A stretch of DNA of 56,397 nt, counting the filler, from Catajapyx aquilonaris (Eukaryota), in NCBI GenBank assembly GCA_000934665.2. It is 2 parts of 2 records of this genome, joined end to end, with 100 filler letters (N's around TTAATTAATTAA, not from the genome) between each part and the next. Parts side by side here need not be neighbours in the genome. Positions count along the whole stretch, not along the records: positions 1 to 29,787 come from JYFJ02005192.1; positions 29,888 to 56,397 come from JYFJ02005193.1. One strand, 5' to 3'. A model generated the notes under the pieces. It ran no database searches. It was not told the origin of the DNA and worked only from the letters and a program-made list of their open reading frames with translations. Numbering within the stretch: the stretch's first letter is position 1; every line of letters begins with the position of its first letter. This document shows positions 27,701 to 39,763 of the stretch, piece by piece. A program made the position numbers and the translations under genes.

Positions 27701-28626
27701 TCCGTCCTCTATATACTGCTATATATGTACGAGGCGTACGTTAGGCCTGCACTTATTCTAAGTCTGTATTAGGTGAAAAGAAAAACAATTGTTGATTATC
27801 TGACATGCTGGCCGATGGAGACTTTTGTTTTCTTGGACGATGTTACATATAAGTTAGGCTAAGGGATGAGTCTTATTGATAATAAAACAAGCGCCGTGAA
27901 AGGTTTTAGAGTTACTGAATATATATGTCTGTTGTCCACCTTATCGGAAGATAGCGAGACGTTTCTATATAACTATATCGGTTGCAGAATATCGGGATTA
28001 TTTTCAAACGGACTCCGTGTGACTGTCCTAGCGCAATCCCCAGTATAGTTTATGCACCACATGTATCATAATTATGATAGAGTAAGTTTGTCATACATTG
28101 GTGCAATTTTTTAACAGTTCCAACTCGATAGTTATAGTTATAGCTATTGATGATCGGCGAGATCATCACAAGAGAGTTAATAATGATTTTTTAGTTCCAT
28201 GATTATGAAACTCGTGGTGTAAGTATAGGCCTATATGGAGATAAATATCTGCGTACGTAAGTATGCAGATTTGATCAAATTAATTTCCACTCGTTATCAC
28301 TCATTGATATCCGGTCCTTATGATTTCTCAGACGCTGGGAAAAGCATCTCCAGCAAAATAATATACGTAGTATACTCAATCTCTATCTTTTTCAAATGTG
28401 TAGGCCTATAGGGTATAGGAAGATTTTTTCAAATGAATAGTCACAAGAAAACTGTATAATACCTGTTGATTTTAAAAATAAACTGTGTGCAACATATGAA
28501 CACATGTCAGAGTTGCTTATGCTATATTGAGAGAGATAAGCACTGGAATATTTTATGCCCTAATTTAGAGAAGAATATAATTTTAAATTGAAGTATTTAA
28601 ATTTTACACTATATTTTACTTATTAG

Positions 28627-28810
28627 AGGGCGGACGGCGCTGCGCGGCTTGGCCTAATATAGTTTGTTAGACCACAACCATACCACTAGTATGGGGTTCA
28701 GAGTTCGATCTCCGTATCGGGCCAACTGGGGACTTTCTTACATGGAATGAGTTTGTGTTCTCTCCTGTGCCTTTGAGGATTTTTAAAAACGCACACTCAT
28801 TTCCTACCAC
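28627..28810 (+). mobile_element. Degenerate tRNA-derived SINE-like relic (V-domain-like core)
   Basis: Pol III B-box-like GAGTTCGATCTCC (28701-28713), then GAGTTTGTGTTCTCTCCTGTGCC...ATTTCCTACCA, which resembles my recollection of the V-SINE central domain (GAGTTTGCATGTTCTCCCCGTG...TTTCCTCCCA). Boundaries approximate. Confidence 0.4.
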
Positions 28811-29764
28811 TTTTCAAATGTGTCTCCAATGAGGTGTTAATGAATCAAGTCGGGAACTATAAACATGATTCCTATAGAAAGACATACATAGGATATCAAC
28901 GGGTATCAACTATATGTTTATTTTACTTTTTATTAGTCTGAAAAAGTGTAAACTCATTGGACAAATCGGAGTGACCATTTTCAGTGGTTTTTCCTCACTT
29001 ATACAGTTACTTTAACTGCTGGATCAAATTAACTGTCATTTTTTGGGGTGGGGAGAATTTTCGAACATTCCCTTAAGTTTCATACCGTTATCGTATGCCT
29101 CCATATTTGGGATCAAAACAACTTAATAACCCCCTCATGGCTCATGTATAGTCTAATTATGTAGTTCAGTGATCAGCACGCACACATGTTCTTGTTTTAC
29201 ATGGACTTGGAAATTGTATGCAGCGCAATTATTTATGTGCCTGGTTTATTTCACTTTGTATATGAGTAAAACGCGTGTTTTTCGGATGCTGTAGCATGAT
29301 GATACTGGCATAAATCACCGTTGAGAGAACTGCAGTCTCTCCTGGATTTCAAAATTACGATTAAATGATCCAAATTTGATTATCCGGATCTGTTGGCGAA
29401 TGTTCTTTGCTTGAATGATAACAAAAGTTTTTTTTTGCAATGTTGCTGTGGTAACGTGCTGCATCTCTGTGCTGGTTCATCTACAGTCTCTACACCGAGA
29501 AGCGACCATAAAGTAAAAAAGTGATGGGCTCATTGTCATATATGGCCTATTGCTGATGTTCTCCCGATTAGCTCTTGCATGCAAGGATAATCCCCATCCC
29601 GAAAAGCCAGGCTATACCAGGCGTGGCCTAAATGTGAGGCTGATGTGCATGGGCCTGCATCTGTGATGCCCTGTAGTACTTTGCTAAGTTCTGATAACGC
29701 ATGTTATGCACATGGTGTCGAGTTCACATAGTGTCATAGCAAATAATTTTTATGCTTCAGCATC

Positions 29765-29787
29765 TATATATATATATATATATATAT
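29765..29787. repeat. (TA)n microsatellite abutting the gap
   Basis: tatatata... runs into the N block. Confidence 0.9.
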
Positions 29788-29887
29788 NNNNNNNNNNNNN
29801 NNNNNNNNNNNNNNNNNNNNNNNNNNNNNNNTTAATTAATTAANNNNNNNNNNNNNNNNNNNNNNNNNNNNNNNNNNNNNNNNNNNN
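29788..29887. other. Assembly gap spacer (44 N + TTAATTAATTAA + 44 N)
   Basis: Exactly 100 bp and symmetric; the central 12-mer gives stop codons in all six frames, a known artificial contig linker. Confidence 0.95.
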
Positions 29888-29982
29888 TAGTGAAACCCCT
29901 GGGGTATATGTCGGGGCCTCCGTACGGATTTGCATAGCGAATAACAGGAGAGACAGACATACGTCTAGAAATATGTATTAGA
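29888..29982 (-). mobile_element. 5' end of a non-autonomous Helitron (same family as 45628 and 53567), truncated by the gap
   Basis: Reverse complement reads A|TCTAATACATATTTCTAGACGTATGTCTGTCT...TATGCAAATCCGTACGGAGGCCCCGACATATACCCCAGGGGTTTCACTA, matching the 5' ends of the two complete copies. Confidence 0.85.
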
Positions 29983-30849
29983 TTGAATCGTTCACAACTT
30001 ATAGAAATTTTGAAAGAGTGCCGTAATAAAAATTTAGACGATTATTATAGTCAGTAAGCTCGTGGCAGGTTTCAATTTAATTATTTTTTTGTTTGGCCAT
30101 GACAGTGAATTATGCAAACAAAACAAAAAAAAGGTAGCCTAATGACAATAAATGTAAATAAAGCACATGTAGCTTGGTTCATTATTTTTAAACATGTTGC
30201 ATACCGTAATGTGTAATTTTTTTTATCTACGCTATAATTAGCCTTGATTTTTCAGACTGTTCACATTACATAACATTGTCAATTGACATTACTGTGACTA
30301 ATCCGCGAACGAGTAATCTCCACCTGCAGCGTTACGTAACCATCTCCTGACACAATTATTTTGTACGCAGTGTACCAAACGTGACGAGTACTTTCATGTG
30401 CAATGCAATCCGTGATGCAGCTTTTATCACACTGTTCTACAAAATCTATGCATGGTATCAATGAGTCACTCTCTTTATGTGCAGGAAAAAGACGCGTTTC
30501 CTGTACACAACGTTCCTCCACCCCTTTTTGATCGCCATTAAATTCAAACAATATTATTGTGACCTCATCTGCACCGCGACCTTGACAAAAAAAATATGCA
30601 GAATTTTTTTGCAAACATTTTCTGTTAACTATGAAGCAAAATTGACGCCATCTGTGATATAAAATATTTAGTTACCAAAAATATAAGCTTGTAAAAAGTG
30701 TGCATCCAAATTAAATGAAAATCTCAGATTAAGTGCAGATATCAATTTGAGATTTTCTCTTAATTTTAAAATTGAGGGAATATGAATTTCTATTAATCCA
30801 TCAGGTATGAATAATATTACCTTAGTTAATTTTTAAACATGACAGTAAT

Positions 30850-31425
30850 TGCACGGATAATGCGCAATTATTTATTACACTTGCTGTGAACATTTTTCTT
30901 CCATTATTCATTTTATTCTTCCAATTAATTCACTACATTAATTAACGAAAATGTAATTTTTTTTATCTATAGGCTAGTATTTTTTCGCACCAATCATGCG
31001 CGACAATAATAATAATTATTGCTCATGATTTGTTAAATATTCCTGCAATGGAAAAAAATGAAATAAACAAATAAATGGAAGAAATTGTACACATTACACA
31101 TTTAATTTCATTTAATTTTTCCGTTAATTCACTGCAGCATTACAAAAATGGCTTAACTTTCTCCCCCCACAGGTCAGTAATTTTACCGATAATAATAGCC
31201 TAATGTGCAGCAACAATAATTGCTCATGATTTGTTAAATATTCCTGCAGTGAAAGGAATCGAAAAAAATGAAATAAACAAATAAACAATTATTATTTATT
31301 GCACATGTTGATATTCCTCCAATTTAATTTAATATCTCCATTTTAATTCACTGCAGGCATTATAACGAAAAATTGCTTGACTTTTTTTTTTTGCGCACAG
31401 ATAATGCGCAATTATTTATTACACC
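30850..31425. repeat. Degenerate AT-rich tandem repeat (~180-220-bp period, ~3 units)
   Basis: TTGCTCATGATTTGTTAAATATTCCTGCA...GAAAAAAATGAAATAAACAAATAAA occurs at ~31019 and ~31220; TAATTCACT(A/G)CA occurs three times; GCAC(G/A)GATAATGCGCAATTATTTATTACAC occurs at ~30851 and ~31395. Confidence 0.75.
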
Positions 31426-31948
31426 TTGGCAATCAACTGTTGGATCACTTCCAATATAAACATCGGCTCTAACAAAAATATCTGCAATCAAGATAACCTC
31501 GAAAAATATATGAGCCTCCACAACCTGATGATAAAAACTCATTATGTTGTCACACTCACTAATCAAAAGGGCCTCACCGACAATTGAGTGCAAATCCTTT
31601 TTTTAAAAAAAACTATCTGACCACACTTTAAAATAATTTTTTGCTGATCTTCCACCAAGCCTTCTGGAGCCATATTTCCAACCCTTTCGCTGTTATTTCC
31701 AAGTCACATGCGCAAAAGGTAGGCGTAGTTTTTTGTATGTCCCTCAAAAAATGTGAGGTCTGATGTGTGTGATCACCAAAAATAGTGACAAAGCAGGTAA
31801 ATGTGATAGCCAGTTAAATCCTTGCAAGTAGCACAGCAATCTATACATATAAAAGACAAAGTTTGTTCGTGTGTTCAATATGTATATAAGGCAAAGTTTA
31901 GGTTTGGTGTAAAAAAATAATCATATGAAATTGTTTCAGGTTTGAGTG

Positions 31949-34424
31949 ATGTCCAGTGCCAGGTCCAGGTCAGGTTCGGTCAGCTCTAATGACTACTACA
32001 CGACCGACAATGGAGTTAAGGTACACTGGTTTTTTTTGGCGGTTTGGCCGGGGTAATTAATTAGTGCGTTAATTGCAGGATGAGACGATTAGCACGTTGG
32101 CCCCACCGCCGCTTGCAATGCGTATTCCGATCCCGTCGTCGCATCCGATCGGAGGGCACAACCTGCGGCAGTCGGCGCAGCTGCCTGCGTGGCTCTCGGC
32201 GACTGTCGGAGCTGTCCTAGGCGTGCCGTTAGGAGCGGGTCCGCAGTCGTTAAAGCGTGCGCCAGTTATCGCAACGCTTCTGTACACCTCAACGTTCGCG
32301 TCGGCTCTCGGCTTCTTTCTGACCACCCTTTTCTTCGAGGGCTACAACATCGCATCGGTGTACACGAAGCAGGATATACTCGAAGGGTCTATTACGGTGG
32401 TGCTTACGGGTTTGTGGTGTGCGTTTGGGATTTACGCAAACGGATTGGCCAGACGGCTGTTTGCTCACCCGAAGTTTGCGTCCATGCTGAGGCTTCATGC
32501 TAAGACGGTGCTGAAGCTCAACGCCGCCTTGGTTGTGGGGGCTCTGTTCCTCGGGTTTGTCTGCACCAACAATGTTAACTCCGTCGACATTTGGCAGGAC
32601 GACACCTGCCACACGGGTCTGTTCACTTCTCCTTCGAAGCGACTTGAAAACGAAGCCAATTTAATAATAACGGTAATGTTTTTATTGCAGTTGGAACTTC
32701 GGCTGTGGTGTGCAAGTTGCGGTACATATGCAAGGTTATCTACTCCTGCTTCGCTTTCCTCTGGAATCTTCTCGTTGCAGTCGTGTTAATCTCTGTTTGC
32801 CGTACGCACACAATTGGTACGTTTTGTTTTCATGCCTCAATGCGCTATATGTATTGCAATATCAATCGCAGATCATACTACACATAAAGCCTGTGCATAC
32901 CTGAAAAACAGGTCACAACGATTGCGAAATTGTTCATTGAAATTGCCAACAATTACAATCGAAATTGTTCATTGAAATTGCCAGCAATTACAAGAATGTT
33001 GCGGTGGTGTAGCCAGTCATAAAAAAGATAAAGCCGTGATTATGTAAAATGGCATTATCTTAACTTCGTTGTGATTGCAAAGAACAAAGCTAGGGATTTT
33101 GCCACATTAATTATTTTCTATAGTTATATCAGTACGTGATAATTATGAGATCTTTTCGTATTCAGTACGTACCAGCGTTTTTTTTAAAGCTATTTATGGC
33201 CAATGTTTATTATTTTATTAATCTGTTTATTCGCAGGGTTGAGACGCTTTTTGTGGGAGCTGGAACGAGATGCTGCATCCTTCATGTCGCAAGGGACTGC
33301 CAGTTCGGACCTCGCAGATGGTGAGAGGCTGCGGATGTTGTCGTACTTGCGACTAATCTTGACCCTTTGTTTCCCCCAGAGTGTGCCTGGATAGACGAGG
33401 ATGATTGGGAAGAGATTTACCCGCAACGTCGACCACATTCCTACCACTTCGATTCTCCGCCTCCGTCTGATCCGCTACCTAATCCGATTCAACCCAGGCC
33501 GCAAAGCATGGATCCGGCAGCGATCCAGGTACGAAGACGAGAAACGGAACTTAACGACTTCACCAGCGAGAGGGATGACTTCCCGATCTGGCGGCCAGAC
33601 GAGAACAGACCAGCTAGTGCAGACAGCTGTAGGGAACAAGATGCGGGTGATTCCATCCTGCCTACAACGCAGCCGCTGGCCACTCAGGAAATCCTGCTTA
33701 AGTACTGGAAGATATCGGTGAGTATAACATCATTGGGTTTAATTAAACTTGAGATTCGCCGTTGCAAATTATGGCGCCAAACGTACGTGTATTCTGACCT
33801 GCCTTTTGGGCTATGATAAATGCTATCAGACATGACGTTCTCATGATAAACAGACTTATCGCTGGAATGCGAAAGTCCAGTTTGTTGAGCCACGTAGAGC
33901 ATTGCGGCTTAACAATTGTGCAATATGTGTACTAAAGGAGTCAAAGTGATCTTGAATCTTAATGAAAAGCAGCAGTACTTGATCGCAGGCAACGTACATG
34001 AACCTAATGCTCATATCCAGCAATGACACATTTGCAGTGCCGTCTCCGCCTTTCGTCTCTCGCATTGCAACGCTGGACGGTGTCCATGTTCGCCCTGACT
34101 GTGGTGTGGTCTGCTGTCCAGTTGGTCCGATGGCTGTCTCACGCTCCGATCCTGCTGGATGTCCTTGAGTTTCTTCTTCCTCTACTACTACTTCCGCTGC
34201 TGGCCTCGGCCTACGCGGAAGTCAACGTCGAAGGAAGGCGGATGGTCCTTCACATTCTCCCTCTCGAGAGCAGGATTCCGTTGCTGAGGTACCTGCAGGT
34301 GTCTCCGCTCCAGATGACAGTCTTTGGCTTCCCAATATCTTACGCAACCATTGCCACGGCTGCTGTTGGTATACTCCTGGCAATGTTGTCTAAGATATTG
34401 CTACAGGAGTTGTCCAGTTTGTAA
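31949..34424 (+). CDS. Seven-transmembrane protein, putative gustatory-receptor-like / DUF3537-like 7TM ion-channel superfamily member (~514 aa)
   Basis: Exons 31949-32020, 32079-32616, 32691-32816, 33237-33320, 33380-33717, 34038-34424; all introns GT-AG with consistent phases (1545 nt, one open frame). Seven hydrophobic segments, a long acidic loop between TM4 and TM5, and a C-terminal YLQVSPLQMTVFGFPISYATI...KILLQ resembling the split TM7 of GR/GRL/DUF3537 proteins. Gene model confident; family assignment is inference. Confidence 0.85.
32925..32993. repeat. Two-copy tandem duplication (35-bp period) in intron 3 of the 7TM gene
   Basis: CGAAATTGTTCATTGAAATTGCCA(A/G)CAATTACAA at 32925-32958 and 32960-32993. 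Confidence 0.9.
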
Positions 34425-35447
34425 GCAAGTCGTCTCGCAATGAATTTGGTGGGGCCAATTGCATACAGAAAGAGTTATTCAGGTACAATGCGATTGAATG
34501 CAAGTTTTAAATATTTAACCAGGTTCATTGCAAATGGACTGTTATTGTACTGCAGTATTTCCGAAACACTTCCAATTGCGATTCAAATTTCATGCGCACA
34601 GTAATGATTAATTTAAAATATGATCCTCTAGGAGGCCACGGAACTATCCAGTTATTATTCATGTAAATACAAGTTATCAGGTCTACGCATTTTATTAGCA
34701 ATAGTCTTCCCAAAGATCTTTCCGCAGCCTCGGGGAACATTCACGCGAACATTACGGACACAAGTTAGGGAATCGCTGCTGTACAGTGTAAACCTAGTTT
34801 ATTATTCAAACTCTGGTCTTTCACACATCATATCAGCATTAGCATTACCTACATACGGATAACATAAAACCTAAGATATTTTCACTGTAGCCGTAGCCTT
34901 TAGTGGGTGATTGCTCTTTGCAAACACATGATTAGATTTGGACTATAAGTCCGACTTCCTATCTATTGTGATAAATACTTGTACATATCAGAAAGTGCAT
35001 TCGGGTTGATCGATAAATGACTTTTGCTCTGGAATCCCGTCCGACTTTATGGGCATGTAATGTTTCTAATCGAATGTTGTTGAGTTATGAATGTTAACCA
35101 TTTAAAGTTATGAGGACCTGTAATTTTTTTTTAAACTTTGAAGATAATGTCTGTTACATACGCATCATATTTGCTCCAAAAATTGCACATAAACGTATTA
35201 ATTCAAAGTATTTTACCAGTGGCCAATTGTTTCGTTGAATTAGTGACCCTTTCAGAAAGTATCGTTAGTTAAATATTTTCCTGCCCATTGTGATATAATA
35301 ATTTACTGATATTTTTTAATAGCAACGACTTAGTATGAAGTAGACACACTGCCCTTTGCGCAATTACCTGTGCAAAATGTATGTTAATAATGTGATTTAA
35401 TGCATAATAGAGGAACACCTCCATGCAATTTGCAATGATTAATTATC

Positions 35448-35453
35448 TTTATT
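35448..35453 (-). terminator. Putative polyadenylation signal AATAAA of the minus-strand gene
   Basis: TTTATT on the + strand, ~240 bp downstream of the stop at 35696. Confidence 0.4.
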
Positions 35454-35695
35454 CATTTTTGTATATATTTACATCACAGAATACTGCTAGACATGTAATT
35501 TTACGAAAGACAAATGAACTGGTCAAGTGTACATTTTAAAATCAACTGGTACCGGTAAATTATTTCTACGAATGTAATGTCGGGCTATGAAAGCATCCGT
35601 ACGCAATTTGTTAAATGAAATCTACAAAAATGAAGTCATGTACGATTGTATTAAAAGCCTCCTTTTGTATGACTTGTGTTTTACTTTGTTTTAGT

Positions 35696-38600
35696 TCAAA
35701 TCTTCATGAGCATTAACTCAACAACTGTCTCGTTTTTCCAGTACTTGTATAAGTCCGTGATGTTGCTGTCGTTCAGCTGCACAATTTCTGCATCAGGTAC
35801 ATCATCTGTAATGAGCATCGTACATAGTCATATATGCACTTGTTAAAAACCTTTAGAACGCACTTACCTTCCCAGTATAAAGCGTAATTGCATTTGCTAA
35901 GTTCATTCCAGGTGGTTATCTCCTTTCCCATGCCGTTTTTAATACTTATTAAAGCCAACAGCTTTTTTGCAAGGACGGGAAGTGTGAGCGGATCTTCTCT
36001 CGACACTTTCAAGCAAAAAGTGGTGAAGTCGCCTCCATTTCCTTGGCTATACTTCACATTGATGGGAAGACTATTGCTGTCGTCCGGCGGATCAGGTTTA
36101 TCCTGTTTTGTAAAGCTCAATATGTTAGTACTCGACAAATGAAACGTTGAGGTTGACATCTTAATGCAGCATATTGACGCACCTCGTCTGAATTCACTTT
36201 GACTTGCAGCTTCAGAATTTCCAGCTCGAGATCCCTAATCTTCTTTTCAGACATCTCACATTGTTTCTTTAGAGTATTTAGTTCCTCATCCTGTATAAGA
36301 AACATTTCGATGCGTGCGAGTTTGATTATAACAAAATTAGTCGCCGATTTCAGGTCTTCACAATAAGACCATTCGCACAAAAAGCGAACATTTGAAGCAC
36401 CTTACCTTTCTCTTCATTTTCAGGCTCATTTCTTCTAGGCTGCTTGAAATTTGCGATTTGTCACTTTCCGCAATTTTGTGCTCACATTGCAATTTTATCA
36501 GGTCAGTGTTTATCGTCTTTTTCTCACTCTCTGCCACTTCCAACTTTCTTTTTAGTTGCTTCACTTCCTTCACCTGTAATTAACCTAGTGCAGCATTTGC
36601 TATTATATGGTACGGGTTTGAGCAAGTTACCTTTTGTTGAAGTTTAGTTTCTTTTTCATTGAGCAACTCTTTGATTCCTGCTAATTCACTCTCTTGCTGC
36701 TTTAGTCGAACTTCTTTAGTGATCGCTTCGCTGTCCATCTTTGTCTTCTCCATTTGCAGCATTTGCACGTCCTTCTCCAGCTCTTGCACTTTGTTTTTCA
36801 GTCGCAGTATGTCACTCTCGCATTCTGATTTTTCCTTCTGTCCCGTCTGCAGGTTCGCACGAAGCTGCGCATTCTTGTTTGCCATCGCGCCCAACTGCTT
36901 CTTAAGTTCTCCTTTTTCCGAAGCATATTGGGTTCCTTGCGCACTCTTCTCACCTTCAATGTCCTGTACTTGTTGAGTTAAATAGGTCACTATTTGATCC
37001 TAGTGGGGAAATTAATGCCATTTTTACAGTTAACGGTACATCGTTCACATCATCTGGGCTCATACCAAATGGACATGCTAATATACATAATGATGTCCTA
37101 CCTTTGCATGAAGCTCTGCCGTTACTGTGCTTATTTTGGCATGACAGTTTTTAACTTCACATTGCAAGTTCGTTATATCGGCAATCTTCTGTGTTATGCT
37201 AGAAGACAATTTTGCTCTTGGATAATTGAAAATATTAGGAGGTGAAATTACAATTGGTGGGTAAAACTTACCTTTTTTCTGAGTCAGTTTTCATTTTGTG
37301 CAAGTCTTGTCGTAAGAGGTGCGACTCGGTGTTCTGTTAAGCGAATGAAAGCGAGATCAGTATTTTGCATCTCACTCGTATTAGGAATGATTACAGGTTA
37401 CCTTCCCTTGAAGCTCAGTACCGATTCTATCTAGTTCAGTGTTGAGAGCTTGAACTTCATCTCGCAATTGCGTTACTCTGGAAGCGTTTTCATTATCACT
37501 AGAAGACGGAAAGCAAAGTTAATCAAAGCAGCTCATTAGGACATTGACATCACGCACCTTGCTTCTCTGTTTGTTGTTGTGTTACGTATGCATTCCTGCA
37601 ACTTCTGTATGTCATCTTCCTGCCGAGCAATATGAAAAGAAATGTTAACAATGCACCAAGCTGAAGGCAATTGAATGTCACATACTTACTTAAATTACTT
37701 ACCTTACTTTGCAGGACAACTTGAAGGTTCCTCACCATTTCTTCCGATTTCAGAGACTTTTGTTCCTCAGTTATGTACGACCAAACCCATGGCGGTGACA
37801 CTAAGTACATCAACCGCATTGAAAGTGGTCCGTTAAAGCACATTTCAGGCAGCACTTTCTGCATCATCGTTTTGGGTACGCACCACACTAGTTTCACGAC
37901 AAACCAGAATATTTGAAGAAACCTTTTCTCCGATAGTCCCCAGCCCATGTTCTCAACAGTGTCCAGCCTGTCTTGTAAGGCAATCTGTATCTCCATCTGA
38001 AATTAACTCGTTATGTTCCCAACCAACTGAGAAAAATTAACAGTGCGGCAAGCCTCTTACTGCTTCACCGAGTTGTTGTTTTGTCGCGCGTAACTCTTCT
38101 TGATAGAACTTTATTTCACATTCCCTTGCATTCAGCTTTCGAGTGAGGTAATCCTTCTCTGCCTGTGGGTCAATGAATCCAGATGTTCTCAGTATGCGCA
38201 GAACATTCATTCTGTGCGGGGAAAAATTATTATTGATTGTGTTATCATTTTGACAGGTTTTGAACCAGCTGCTGTGTGTCCTTACTCAGCAATAGGACGG
38301 TCCGTCAACTTCCGCCAACACACGTCAAGAGGACATGTCAAAGTGTGTCCCGCGAAGTCATGCAACAATATCACCCTAACAGATGCTTTTACCAGGATAT
38401 AAGGAGGCTTCTCTTTGGCCCGAGACTCATGTTGCCGGATCTGCATATATAAAATGACAAGTTTTAGTTGACACGGTAAGTGACACATGCTAGGCGGAAA
38501 GTGACTTGGTTTGTATCAACATAAATTAAACAGAAAAAAAAAATTGTTTCTAGTAATACAATTAGTGAGAATATCTGCATTCATACACTGTATATGTCAC

Positions 38601-38718
38601 ATATTTTCTCTTAATTCGTGCCGATACAATTTGGGACCGTCAAAAAATGAAGTGATTGAACTTACATCAAAGGCGTGGTTACCTTTAGAGAGAATGATCT
38701 TGCGAAACCGGTGATCAT
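35696..38718 (-). CDS. Uncharacterised long coiled-coil protein with C-terminal PB1-like (beta-grasp) domain (~647 aa)
   Basis: Minus-strand exons 38683-38718, 38286-38440, 38061-38211, 37703-37996, 37558-37619, 37402-37498, 37272-37333, 37102-37198, 36631-36999, 36406-36573, 36183-36290, 35868-36102, 35696-35805; all GT-AG and phase-compatible (1944 nt). Heptad-rich E/K/L/Q middle; C-terminus LPINVKY...YALYWEDDVPDAEIVQL...VELMLMKI*. The first two exons and the start codon are less certain (alternative start MNVLRILRT at ~38210). Confidence 0.82.
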
Positions 38719-39617
38719 GGTACGACCAGACTCCACCAAATGTGTTGAGATATGCGGAGGGGGGAAAGAAATGCAAGTTACCTTCATAATATCTTATCTC
38801 TATTGTCATGCGGCTGGGATAGAGGTCGACACACACACACAAAAGCTGCTGAGAAAGTATATAGAAGAACTCTCATGATGGTGAGTCACCCACTTATCTG
38901 CAAAGGAAGGAGGCTTCAAAAAAAAAGCAAGCCCAAAAATATTCCTAGAACCAATTTTTGGAATAGACATCGAAATTAATAACTTTTAAATTAAATTAAA
39001 CTGATAGGTACGAATCGTAATAAACAAATTCAATGCTGATTGGACATTTCTTCAAACAGCGAATGTGGAAATGTATGAAAAGTCCCTTTCAGAAAAAAAA
39101 AATATGGCTCAAAAAACTTGACAAGTTATTAATTTTACATTTAAAAATAAGGCATGGTTGCTTCAAATAATAAATAACTTCTTATACGTTCAAATAGATG
39201 ATTTTTTTTTTAAACGGACGCAACACAGTGCGCACATTTTGAGGCGGTTTCGATAAAAAATAGCAAAATCATGACTTTCAAGATCAGATTATCGCAATTA
39301 AGATCTGATATAATCTCAAGGATAAGTTATGTAACTTTGATTAAATTTTAGTGCAAGGAAGAGTGCGTTTAGTGTAACTTACTGTTATGGCTATACTGTA
39401 TTTACCTAACATAAAAAGTGCAATATTGCCAAATAATGAGAATAAATGCTACATAATACTATTTTTTCTGTCATGTATGCGACACATTGTTGCACCATAC
39501 TTTCAAACTTAGGCAACCTTTAAGCAAATCAACCTCCCTTTTTTTTTGTGATGTTTGAATTTCCTTAACATTCATTTTTATTTCTGGAGTAAGAAACCAT
39601 CACAGCCTCTCGTACTT

Positions 39618-39646
39618 ATTGGACTTGGGCATTGCACCACCCTGCA
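39618..39646 (+). promoter_or_regulatory. Conserved upstream motif of the acyltransferase paralogs (ATTGGACTTGGGCAKTGCACCACCCTGCA)
   Basis: Recurs ~110-160 bp upstream of each ATG: 39618-39646, 43299-43327, 48550-48578, and degenerate at 50850-50873. It begins with ATTGG (reverse CCAAT) in three copies. Confidence 0.45.
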
Positions 39647-39763
39647 CATGTGTTGCAATCGCATTTGCAATTCCTCCAGTCATAGTAGTAGAGGTTATGT
39701 AAATGAATCTATCTTGGTGATTTGCATCATAGATTGAGCTGTTGTTGCCCATTTCAAACGGTG

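Noticed and set aside
29832..29843. TTAATTAATTAA inside the N run as a biological palindrome
   Set aside because: It is centred in an exact 100-bp spacer and is an assembly linker.
30850..31425. Repeat-spacer-like periodicity resembling a CRISPR array
   Set aside because: Eukaryotic context, long degenerate AT-rich units, no unique fixed-length spacers and no cas genes.
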